This document shows positions 18,199 through 27,029 of a DNA stretch of 64,000 nucleotides, in pieces (positions within the stretch are counted from its first letter, which is position 1; each line of letters starts with the position of its first letter). Under the pieces are notes generated by a model that saw nothing but the letters and a program-made list of their open reading frames with translations, was not told where the DNA came from and ran no database searches. The stretch comes from an uncultured Thalassospiraceae bacterium. GTDB taxonomy: Bacteria > Pseudomonadota > Alphaproteobacteria > Rhodospirillales > Casp-alpha2. The stretch lies in assembly GCA_964626025.1 (NCBI GenBank), contig CAZVFL010000002.1:15439-79438 (forward strand), in the 5' to 3' direction. Both the position numbers and the translations under genes were made by a program.

Positions 18199-19242
18199 GT
18201 GGAAAACATCAACGACCAACCGAAAGTGCTTTCACGCCTCGTCGGCGCGGGGGTTTTCAGCGACCAGCCTTTTACGTTGTTCGATGTCGGATGCAGCGGC
18301 GGCATTCACGAGGCTTGGCGAGCGTTCGGCCCCCGGACCGCGGCGTATGGATTCGATCCGCAGGCAACCGAGTGCCAAAGGCTTCAGGCGGCCGAGCCTT
18401 CGCCGTCGATCGAATACGTTTCGACCTACGTCGGCCTGCCGGACGATCACCCGATAAAAAGAGACCGGCTTGCCGCCAACAACGCGGGAATCGCCGGGCA
18501 GATCAATCCGTGGTCACGGTTGAGCACGGCGGAGGCGATTTCGCGAACCGATCTTCAATCCCAGTCCCAACCCATTCACGAGGACCTTGTGCCCGCTGAT
18601 CAAATCGTCTCCATCGCCGACTTCGTGGCGGCGCAGGAATTAGCGTACGTCGATTTCATCAAGGTCGATACCGACGGATCCGATCTTGATGTCGTCATAT
18701 CCGCCGAACCCATCCTTGAAAGCCATCGCGTGCTCGGACTGTACATCGAGGTCAATTTTATCGGCGGCCACGAAGAATACGAAAACACCTTCCTGAATAT
18801 CGACAGGGTGCTTCGCCGGCACGGTTATTCCCTGTTCGACCTTAGCCTTCGCCGCTACTCGCGCGCAGCACTGCCGCTGCCGTTCGAATACAACATCCTT
18901 GCCCAGACCCATGGCGGCCAGCCGATCCAGGGCGATGCGTTGTACCTTCGTGATTTTGGCGCCCCCGACTATGAGGAAACCTGGCCCGACATCATAAGCG
19001 CTGACAACATTCAGAAATTATTGGGCCTTTTCGATCTTTTCAGTTTGCCGGACTGTGCCGCCGAGATATTGACGAACCGCCGCGAGATGCTTGCCCCGAT
19101 CATCGACGTCGATGAATTGCTTGACCTGTTGACCCCGCCCCTCGACGGTCGTCAAACCGACTATCAGTCATACGTTTCCGCGTTCAGGGAGAACCCGGCC
19201 CGGTTCTTTCCCGGAACCGCCTCCAAGGCTGGAGGGAACTAA
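18199..19242 (+). CDS. FkbM-family methyltransferase
   Basis: LFDVGCSGG...DFIKVDTDGSDLDV; GTG start uncertain. Confidence 0.7.
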   Translation: MENINDQPKVLSRLVGAGVFSDQPFTLFDVGCSGGIHEAWRAFGPRTAAYGFDPQATECQRLQAAEPSPSIEYVSTYVGLPDDHPIKRDRLAANNAGIAGQINPWSRLSTAEAISRTDLQSQSQPIHEDLVPADQIVSIADFVAAQELAYVDFIKVDTDGSDLDVVISAEPILESHRVLGLYIEVNFIGGHEEYENTFLNIDRVLRRHGYSLFDLSLRRYSRAALPLPFEYNILAQTHGGQPIQGDALYLRDFGAPDYEETWPDIISADNIQKLLGLFDLFSLPDCAAEILTNRREMLAPIIDVDELLDLLTPPLDGRQTDYQSYVSAFRENPARFFPGTASKAGGN

Positions 19243-19249
19243 CCCACTT

Positions 19250-19413
19250 CCCGTCGCCGGTGGCTAAAGGAAAAGGCCGCCGGATTGTTTCGTCGATAAA
19301 GACATGAGTTTGGCGCGAACGCCGTTTGGGGATGAAATGCACAACGATCATTACGCAACGGATGAATTCAACGGGAAATTCCCAACCCAGGGCCACTTCG
19401 TGGGGGCAGGTCA
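19250..19413 (+). mobile_element. IS3-family terminal remnant
   Basis: Ends in CCACTTCGTGGGGGCAGGTCA, the same terminus as at 15438; a composition switch follows. Confidence 0.45.
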
Positions 19414-19487
19414 CAACACGACGCGTAAAATCGTATTTACTGTGGATGAAACTAGATAGAGCCAATTGAAATTTTGCGGAGAGTTGC

Positions 19488-19680
19488 ATGGGCTTCCAAA
19501 TTCGAGGATTAACACTGAAATTCGCGGCTGAGATAAGTGGCCTCAATCTTGCGAACCCAGTTAAGGAGCAGGACAAGTCATCCTTGAAAAAGGCCCTGTG
19601 CAACTTTGCAGTTCTAGTTATTTGTGGGCAAGAAGCGCTTACCAAGGCTCGTATGATGGAGTTCGCCAGCCTGATTGGTC
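19488..19680 (+). pseudogene. N-terminal fragment of a TauD/TfdA-family dioxygenase
   Basis: FAAEISGLNLANPV...LKKAL.NFAVLVICGQ.LT...MMEFASLIG parallels the N-terminus of the intact TauD-like gene at 52168-52998. Confidence 0.4.
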
Positions 19681-20029
19681 ACCATAGACGATGTCGTCTA
19701 TAGCGTCTTGCTCTGAGGCTAAATGGCAGGTGTTAGCAGAATATAAGAAATATTTCCCAATATGGGGGCCGATGATCGAAGATATCAAATCCAAAGAAAG
19801 CTTTCGAAATCTCGTCGAACAAGACATTTCAGATTTAAACCTGACCTTTAAAAGCGGACAGATTAGTTACTATATCCGCAAAGTTCTAAGTGGCTCCTGA
19901 CACACATCGAAACAGGATCTGTCTTCAAAATGCCTTTCAAACGGCTGCTGGCACGGTGGCGACAAGACGGGGCGCGTAACCAAGCGTCGGTCGTCCACCG
20001 CGAGCTGGCGACGGAGAAACCACCGCCGG

Positions 20030-20713
20030 ATGGGGGTACCGAGGCATTCGATACCCCCCGAGGCCGTGTCCATCAACAAGGCGCGGCTGGACCATCTGGC
20101 CTCTTTGGACCTCCCGCTCGACGGCAAGCGTGTGCTCGATGTCGGTTGCGGTGTCGGCCATCATGCCAAGTTTTATGTCGATCGGGGGTGTGAGGCTAAT
20201 TGCGTCGATGCCCGCGAGGCGAACATCGAGGCTCTCAAACTCCTGCACCCCGAACTCGACGCCCATACGCGCGACGTCGAACGCGACGATTTAAGCGATC
20301 TTGGCCGCTTCGACGTCGTCCACTGTTACGGGCTTCTTTACCACCTTGAAAACCCCATGGCCGCCTTGCGCAATATTGCGGCCGTATGCGACGAGTTGAT
20401 GATTATCGAGACGATCATCTGCGATCATCCGTTGCCGGTCCTTCGAATCGAGGACGAATACCTGTCCGCGAACCAGGCCCTGCACGGCGTCGCCTCGCGG
20501 CCGAGCCCGGCATACATCGCCATGGCCTTGAACCGCATCGGGTTCGATCACGTCTATCGTTGCCTGACGGTGCCCGATCATGAGGATTTTCACTTTCCGA
20601 TGATCAGCGATCTGAGCAGCCAGCGCGACGGACACAATATCCGCATGGTATTCGTCGCGTCCCGCAGGTCCCTGGCCAGCGATCGGTTGGCCCCCATGGT
20701 CCGTTCTTCGTGA
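20030..20713 (+). CDS. class I SAM-dependent methyltransferase
   Basis: KRVLDVGCGVGHH (motif I), DVVHCYGLLYHL. Confidence 0.75.
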   Translation: MGVPRHSIPPEAVSINKARLDHLASLDLPLDGKRVLDVGCGVGHHAKFYVDRGCEANCVDAREANIEALKLLHPELDAHTRDVERDDLSDLGRFDVVHCYGLLYHLENPMAALRNIAAVCDELMIIETIICDHPLPVLRIEDEYLSANQALHGVASRPSPAYIAMALNRIGFDHVYRCLTVPDHEDFHFPMISDLSSQRDGHNIRMVFVASRRSLASDRLAPMVRSS

Positions 20714-21630
20714 TCCAAGCCATCAAAAAGCTGTGGCTTGGGTCCTACGCGCGCCATGCGGCTGACGCCGGCATTGAACCATGGCCCGGCTGGATCACGG
20801 GAACCGGAACGGACGCCGAGACCAAGACCATGATCCAGAGGCGAACACATTGGGAGGCCTTGAAACAGCCACGCCCCATGCTCTGGCTCGATAACTTAAA
20901 AGTCCTCTTGTTTCCGGGCAATGAAACCAGCCGCGTCGTGTTCCTGACCGGACTCTATGAACCCAGCGAATTTTCCCGGCTTGCCGGAGTCCTCAAGCCG
21001 GGCATGACGGTCATCGATATCGGCGCCAATATGGGCCTCTACACGATGTTCGCCGCGAAACGAATCGGCCCGACGGGAAAGGTCGTCGCCCTTGAGCCCA
21101 GCAAGCGGGAATTCGGCCGGCTCGAAACCCATGTCCGCCTCAACGGCCTTGGCAACGTCCATTGCCTGCAAACCGCCGTCGGCCGAGAGGTGGGTACGGC
21201 GACACTGAAAGTCGCCGAGGAATGGAATGCGGGACACAATACCCTGGGCGATTTTGGTTACCCCGAAACCCGGCTGGAACGGACTGAAACCGTCGACATC
21301 CACACACTCGATGATCTCATGGAATCCTTGAACATCAAAAAAGTCGACATCATCAAGCTTGATGTCGAGGGCGCCGAGGAAGCCGTTCTCGACGGGGCGG
21401 CACGTACGCTCGCGAACCATCGGCCCAAGATTTTGGTTGAAATGTCGGAACGCAGCCTCGCCAATCAACATAGCAGCGTAAGCCGCGTCGCAACAAGGCT
21501 GCGCGAGGCAGGATATGCTCTCCATGTTTTTAGCATTGAGACGGGACTTCCGGTTCCGCACGAAGGTGAATTGACGGTCATGACGGGCTTCGGCTCGGAA
21601 AACATCGTCGCCCTGCCCATGTCTTCGTAG
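20710..21630 (+). CDS. FkbM-family methyltransferase
   Basis: VIDIGANMGLYT...VVALEP...IIKLDVEGAEEAVL; the GTG overlaps the upstream stop. Confidence 0.8.
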   Translation: MIQAIKKLWLGSYARHAADAGIEPWPGWITGTGTDAETKTMIQRRTHWEALKQPRPMLWLDNLKVLLFPGNETSRVVFLTGLYEPSEFSRLAGVLKPGMTVIDIGANMGLYTMFAAKRIGPTGKVVALEPSKREFGRLETHVRLNGLGNVHCLQTAVGREVGTATLKVAEEWNAGHNTLGDFGYPETRLERTETVDIHTLDDLMESLNIKKVDIIKLDVEGAEEAVLDGAARTLANHRPKILVEMSERSLANQHSSVSRVATRLREAGYALHVFSIETGLPVPHEGELTVMTGFGSENIVALPMSS

Positions 21631-21671
21631 TAGTCAGTTGGGGGTGCGCCGCAACAGCCTGGCTTGCCAAG

Positions 21672-22103
21672 GTGCTCAATTCCCATCCGGAGATTCTCTG
21701 TCGTCATGCGTTAAATGTTTGGCTCAGCAATCTTACAAACCAGGAAAGGCTGGAGGGTTGGCAATACATGAGGTTGATGGCTTGGAAAGGAGGGCATTAT
21801 AAGGCTGTCGGAGATATCCACGGATTCGTGGAAAGCACGCGGTTTTATATGCATACCGACTCCTACGCGTGCTTCCAACTTTTCATGTCCGGATTGAATC
21901 AGGCCATCTTCGTCGGAGACCACGTGGTTTATCACGCGGACCATGACCGGAGCGGTCGCGCCAGCCGCGCCGAGCACATCGATATGGCTTCGCATATGCG
22001 CAATTTTTCGGACATGTGCCACAAGGAGATCCCCGCCAAAATCAACGGCGAATGTTGGGGGAACCCTCAGAGCTTTTTACCGTCTAAATATTTGGACTCC
22101 TAG
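21672..22103 (+). CDS. hypothetical protein
   Basis: ORF only (may start at TTG 21639); WLAKVLNSHPEI faintly resembles a sulfotransferase N-terminus; unsupported. Confidence 0.35.
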   Translation: MLNSHPEILCRHALNVWLSNLTNQERLEGWQYMRLMAWKGGHYKAVGDIHGFVESTRFYMHTDSYACFQLFMSGLNQAIFVGDHVVYHADHDRSGRASRAEHIDMASHMRNFSDMCHKEIPAKINGECWGNPQSFLPSKYLDS

Positions 22104-22185
22104 GTGGCTAACATTTCCACGAACAAGGGGAGCGGAGACCGAAAGTCATGAACGGTATTTCGCCCCGGCATTTGACCGCCGTCCG

Positions 22186-22689
22186 ATGTTAGAAGTGACG
22201 AAAACAGCGTTGGATGGGGTGTTGATCGTAAAGCCGCCTACTATCTTCGAGGATTTTCGAGGGGATTACGTCGAAACCTATAATCGCGAGCTATATCGCG
22301 AAGCCGGAATTATTGATGAATTCGTACAGGACGACTACGCGACGTCCCATAAACACGTGCTGCGCGGACTACATGGCGACGACATAACGACCAAACTCGT
22401 TTCCTGCACATTCGGCGAACTTTTCTTTGTTGTGCTCGATGCTCGGGCCGACTCCGAGGCATTCATGAAATGGGAGTCCTTCGAACTCAGCTCAAGAAAC
22501 CGCCTTCAGGCCTATGTTCCCGTCGGATACGCGATCGGCTATCTGGTGATGTCGGAAACCGCCATTTTCCACTACAAGCAGACCACGTATTTCGAAGAAG
22601 CCACCCCTTTTACGATCAAGTGGAACGACCCTCGGGCAGCAATCGATTGGCCTGTCGACGTCACGATCCGCTCCGAGCGCGATCAATAG
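22186..22689 (+). CDS. RmlC-type cupin (dTDP-4-dehydrorhamnose 3,5-epimerase family)
   Basis: FEDFRGDYVETY...VLRGLHG...KLVSC.FGE.F.VVLD.R...Y.P.G.A.G...HYK.T..Y; internal ATG 22186. Confidence 0.75.
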   Translation: MLEVTKTALDGVLIVKPPTIFEDFRGDYVETYNRELYREAGIIDEFVQDDYATSHKHVLRGLHGDDITTKLVSCTFGELFFVVLDARADSEAFMKWESFELSSRNRLQAYVPVGYAIGYLVMSETAIFHYKQTTYFEEATPFTIKWNDPRAAIDWPVDVTIRSERDQ

Positions 22690-22723
22690 CCGCTTCCGGA
22701 TGTAACGACTATCCAGACCTTAG

Positions 22724-22951
22724 TGACCGGCTCTCCTTAACTGGATGCAAATGTTTAGTTAGAGGGGCTTGGTATCTCGGTCATTGCAAGAAGAAGTCAA
22801 ACGGATGCCCAGAAAACTATTTTCCGTCAAGCAGATCATCTATTATCTGAGGGAAGCCGAGGTTTTATTAGCAAAGGGCCAGATTTTCGGCGGTGCCTGC
22901 CGCCATATCGGCGTGTCAGAGCAGAGCATTGATAATCGGAATCCCGTCTAG
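22724..22951 (+). mobile_element. IS3-family left-end remnant with truncated OrfA
   Basis: TGACCGGCTCTCC... then MPRKLFSVKQIIYYLREAEVLLAKGQ...CRHIGVSEQS (OrfA HTH region), truncated. Confidence 0.6.
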
Positions 22952-23057
22952 TTAAACCGAAACCCATCAATAGGTTGAAATAATTGGTTTAAGATCGAAT
23001 ACCAAGAATCAGGGGCATGACAAAACCAACAGGCGCATGCAAGAGAGGACAAGTTTA

Positions 23058-23930
23058 ATGCAGCCGGATAATGCCGAGACCTTGTCGACTTCGAAATCGC
23101 GATTCGCCCGCAAAATGATGCGGATCGACTCAGAACCGAGGAAGTTGTCTGGCTTGTTCGGAGAGCTTTGGGAATATCGAAATTTGCTCTACGTTTTTGT
23201 CTGGCGCGACGTAAAGCTGCGTTACAAGGAAATGGCGGCCGGCGTCGCTTGGGCGATCCTGCAACCCCTTTTGATGATGATCGTCTTCAGCGTCTTCTTT
23301 GGTCTTGTGATGCGCGTTCCCACCGGGGACATCCCATATCCGCTTTTCGTTTACAGCGGTTTGGTGCTTTGGCAATTGTTATCCAGAGCCTTGATGCAGG
23401 CCAGCACCAGCATCAAAAACAATAGCCTCCTAATTTTGGGAATCTACTTTCCACGAGTGATCCTTCCTCTCTCGATACTTCTGAGCGAATTGGTAGATTT
23501 CACCTTCACCCTTTTAGTGCTTATTCCGCTGATGCTTTACTACGGTATTTTCCCATCCTCGACGGTTTTGATGTTGCCGGTTTTTGTGCTTTTTGCACTT
23601 TTGGCTTCTTTGGCGATCGGCTTGTGGTTTTCTGCACTCGACTCGAAATATCGCGATGTCCAGCAATTGTTGCCGGTTTTGCTTCAGGCATGGTTTTTCA
23701 TGACTCCGGTTATCTATCCGATCAGCCTAATCCCGGAAGGCTGGCGTTCTCTTTACGCCCTCAACCCGATGGTCGGAGCCGTTGAGGGATTGCGCTGGTC
23801 GTTGCTTCCGGGGTTGCCGCCGCCGGACCCGCTGATTTTGGCGTTTTCCGGAGTGGGACTTATTTTGGTGCTGGTCGGCGGCTTGGTTGCATTCAACCGC
23901 CTTGAGGGCACCATGGCCGATACAATCTAG
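23058..23930 (+). CDS. wzm: ABC-2 type polysaccharide export permease
   Basis: LWEYRNLLYVFVWRDVKLRYK...AWAILQPLL and six hydrophobic segments; ATG 23058 has GAGAGGA upstream. Confidence 0.85.
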   Translation: MQPDNAETLSTSKSRFARKMMRIDSEPRKLSGLFGELWEYRNLLYVFVWRDVKLRYKEMAAGVAWAILQPLLMMIVFSVFFGLVMRVPTGDIPYPLFVYSGLVLWQLLSRALMQASTSIKNNSLLILGIYFPRVILPLSILLSELVDFTFTLLVLIPLMLYYGIFPSSTVLMLPVFVLFALLASLAIGLWFSALDSKYRDVQQLLPVLLQAWFFMTPVIYPISLIPEGWRSLYALNPMVGAVEGLRWSLLPGLPPPDPLILAFSGVGLILVLVGGLVAFNRLEGTMADTI

Positions 23931-23944
23931 GCGTGCTTCCCAAC

Positions 23945-24775
23945 ATGTCCAAAACCGTTATTAAAGTGGAAAAAATTGGCAAGGAGTATGGATTCGGCGA
24001 AAACCAGCCGCATATGTTGTTGCGGGAATCCATCAACCGGTTTCTGACGAGGCCCTTTCGCCGGTTTTTTCCCCAAGAAAACGAAACCACGCTTCAGGAT
24101 CAAACGTTTTGGGCGCTGAAGGGTATTTCCTTTGAGGTCAAAGCCGGCGAGACCGTGGGGATCATAGGCCCCAACGGCGCCGGAAAAAGTACGCTTCTCA
24201 AGTTAATCTCCCGGATCACTTTGCCGACCGAGGGTCATATCGAAATATACGGCCGAGTAGATTCTCTTCTCGGTGTTGGCATGGGGCTCCACCGTGAATT
24301 TACGGGCCGCGAGAATATTTTTCTTATGGGCTCCATTCTCGGCATGAATTGGTCGGAGATCAGACGCAAATTAGACGATATTATTTCTTTCGCCGATGTC
24401 GGAAACTACATCGACACGCCGGTCAAATACTATTCCAATGGCATGGTGGTTCGCCTTGGTTTTTCCGTCGCGGTCCACCTGGATCCTGAAATCTTGATCA
24501 TCGACGAAGTCCTGTCGGTCGGCGACGCGGCCTTCCAGCAGAAATGCTTTGCCAAAATAACCGAGGTCACCAGCAGGGGGCTCGCTATCTTGTTGGTCAG
24601 CCACAACATGGAAATGGTGCGAACTCTTTGTAACAGCGCCCACCTTATCGAAGGAGGGCGCATTGTCGTTAGCGGTGACGTAGAGAAGGTGGTTTCCGCT
24701 TATCTTGAAAAGGTGGAAGGCGAGTCCTCCGCTGATGGCGCGAATAAAGTCACCCTGGGGAATATCAGCGGTTAG
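23945..24775 (+). CDS. wzt: polysaccharide export ABC transporter ATP-binding protein (NBD only)
   Basis: GIIGPNGAGKSTLLK (Walker A), YSNGMVVRLGF (signature-like), ILIIDE (Walker B); no C-terminal extension. Confidence 0.85.
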   Translation: MSKTVIKVEKIGKEYGFGENQPHMLLRESINRFLTRPFRRFFPQENETTLQDQTFWALKGISFEVKAGETVGIIGPNGAGKSTLLKLISRITLPTEGHIEIYGRVDSLLGVGMGLHREFTGRENIFLMGSILGMNWSEIRRKLDDIISFADVGNYIDTPVKYYSNGMVVRLGFSVAVHLDPEILIIDEVLSVGDAAFQQKCFAKITEVTSRGLAILLVSHNMEMVRTLCNSAHLIEGGRIVVSGDVEKVVSAYLEKVEGESSADGANKVTLGNISG

Positions 24776-24778
24776 GAG

Positions 24779-26791
24779 CTAGCTTGCGCCATGCCCCCCG
24801 ATCCAATGTTCGTGCCAAGCCGTCAGGTTGAACAGAAGCCAGAGATGCAGCGCATTGTCCTGGCGGCAGTCCCGGTGGTTCTTGAACCGCCGGGCGATAT
24901 GGTCCTGGTTGAAATAGCCGTCTTTCATTAGCGGTGATCCCATGACGGCGGTCTCGGCCTGTTTGCCAAAATCACCCCTCAGCCATTCCGCCATGGGCGC
25001 GCCGAATCCCATTTTCGGGCGGTGGAGCACATCTTCGGGGAGGATGCCTGAGAGAGACTTTTTCAAAAGATATTTAGATACCCCGCCTTTGACCTTCCAG
25101 GATTGCGGGATGTCCATGGTGAAGTCCACCAGCCGGTGATCGAGGAACGGCACCCGACCTTCGACGGATGTGGACATGGTGATCTTGTCGACCCGCATGA
25201 GAAGCAATTCGGCCAGGCGCACCTTGAACTCGTTGTGGATCATCCGGGTCAGTTCGTCTTGTTCCGGATGGTTGGAATCAAACGACCGCATCAGGGCCGA
25301 AATGACCTCGCCGCTGTCGCCCGAACCCAACCCGCCTGTGTCCAGCCCCGCTTCTTCCAGCACCGGCCACGGCCCGCCTTCGACTGGGGCGGTAAGGACT
25401 CTATCCTTGTGGACATTCCAATAGGCATGCGCCGCGCCCCAGAAAAGTTCCTGGCCCCTGGCGCCGCGCCCGAGAATATCGGCGATGCGGTCGAGCCTTG
25501 GCGTATGGGGGCAAGTCAGCCCTTTCGCCAACGAAGCCGCCCCCTTCTGGGCCGGCCGGGGCAGGGCATTGAAAGCGCCCCAGAACCAACGATGCAGTTT
25601 GAGATAGAGCCGGTAGCTGTCATAGCCGGCGAATTGCTCGTCCGAGCCTTCGCCCACCTGGACGACGGTGACACCGGAGTCCTTGGCCAGCTTGGAGACA
25701 AAATACAGCGGCACGCAGACCCAGTCGGCGATGGGCTCGTCCTGGTGATGCACAAGATCATCCAGGTAACCCTGCATGTCGCTTTCGCCGATCAGCACCT
25801 CGTGGTGGTTGGTCTTGAAATCCCGGGCCACCCGCCGAGCGTAATCCAGCTCGTTCAGATGAGTGTGGTCCTTGAAGCCGACGGTGAATGTCTCCACCGG
25901 ACGGTCCATCAGGCGGCTCATCAAGGCGACGTTGGCCGACGAATCGATGCCGCCCGACAGAAACACCCCGAACGGCACGTCAGACATCATGCGTTTTTCG
26001 ATGCTGGCCTCAAGCCGTTGGCGGATGCCGGTGGTGTAAAAATCTTCCACCGCCGATTCGGACAACCCCTTGAGATCGCCCGGATCGATGCCTTTGCCGG
26101 GAACGGCGTCCCAATAGCGTCGCGCGATCATGGCGCCGGAGGAATCGACTTTCAGGATATGCCCGGCCGGGAGCTTGAAGATATCCTTGAACATGGTCAA
26201 CGGCGCCGGCGCCACCATGAAGCTGAGGTAATGGTTGAGCGCCGCCGGTTCCACGTCGCGGGGAACGTCCGGATCGCTCAGGATGGCCTTGATTTCGGAC
26301 GCGAACCGGAAAGCGCCGGCGGTACGCATGAAATAAACCGGCTTGATGCCGATGCGGTCACGAGCGAGGAAAAGGCGTTTTTCGCCGTTATCCCAAAGGC
26401 CGAAGGCGAACATCCCGTCCAGCCGGTCCACCAGCCCGTCGATTCCCCATTCCTTGTAGCCGTGGACGAGGACCTCGGTGTCCGAATGGTCGGTGCGGAA
26501 ACGATGACCGGCCCGTTCCAGGGTCCGGCGAAGGTCCAGGTGATTATAGATTTCACCGTTGAAGGTGACCCAGACGGTCTCCTCGGCGTCGCACATGGGC
26601 TGGGCGGCAGCGTCGGAAAGGTCGACGATGGCAAGACGGCGGTGGGCCAAGCCGATGTTACGGTCGGGCGATAGCCAATTTCCCTCGCCGTCCGGCCCCC
26701 GATGGGCCATGCTGTCGCCCATGGCCTTGAGGGCGCTTCCATCCACCGAGCGGGTGCCGCCGAACCTGAGAATGCCCGCTATGCCGCACAT
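24779..26791 (-). CDS. asparagine synthase-family glutamine amidotransferase (AsnB-like)
   Basis: MCGIAG N-terminal nucleophile, FLSGGIDSS PP-loop; 670 aa. Confidence 0.9.
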   Translation of the reverse strand: MCGIAGILRFGGTRSVDGSALKAMGDSMAHRGPDGEGNWLSPDRNIGLAHRRLAIVDLSDAAAQPMCDAEETVWVTFNGEIYNHLDLRRTLERAGHRFRTDHSDTEVLVHGYKEWGIDGLVDRLDGMFAFGLWDNGEKRLFLARDRIGIKPVYFMRTAGAFRFASEIKAILSDPDVPRDVEPAALNHYLSFMVAPAPLTMFKDIFKLPAGHILKVDSSGAMIARRYWDAVPGKGIDPGDLKGLSESAVEDFYTTGIRQRLEASIEKRMMSDVPFGVFLSGGIDSSANVALMSRLMDRPVETFTVGFKDHTHLNELDYARRVARDFKTNHHEVLIGESDMQGYLDDLVHHQDEPIADWVCVPLYFVSKLAKDSGVTVVQVGEGSDEQFAGYDSYRLYLKLHRWFWGAFNALPRPAQKGAASLAKGLTCPHTPRLDRIADILGRGARGQELFWGAAHAYWNVHKDRVLTAPVEGGPWPVLEEAGLDTGGLGSGDSGEVISALMRSFDSNHPEQDELTRMIHNEFKVRLAELLLMRVDKITMSTSVEGRVPFLDHRLVDFTMDIPQSWKVKGGVSKYLLKKSLSGILPEDVLHRPKMGFGAPMAEWLRGDFGKQAETAVMGSPLMKDGYFNQDHIARRFKNHRDCRQDNALHLWLLFNLTAWHEHWIGGHGAS

Positions 26792-27029
26792 GAGCCCTCA
26801 ACGCCCCTGCGGGCGTCCAAGAGGCCGTTATGTCTCCCGCCCTTGCCCATCCACAAAAGGCCCGGGCTTTTGGACAAAACCCGGATCGTTGGCGTTTCGT
26901 TCATCTGGTCCATGCGGACGACGACTGTAATGGACTTATTACCGGGAATGTATAGAAATTATAAGCAGTTGGAACCGGTCAGCCATGGCACGCGGATATA
27001 ATATTTAAGGGCCCATGAACGAATAGGCG

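Noticed and set aside
19184-19645. 153-aa reverse ORF
   Set aside because: It reads straight through the IS3 terminal repeat (VVTCPHEV...) and unrelated flanks, so it is a chimeric artefact.
25103-26674. Long antisense or out-of-frame ORFs inside recognised genes (also 1117-2106, 1428-2369, 39035-40558, 42283-43059, 44111-45052, 49127-50089, 55112-56215 and many others)
   Set aside because: They overlap genes with clear family signatures on the other strand or frame. Their translations are Arg/Gly/Pro/Ala-rich, as expected from stop-poor GC-rich DNA.
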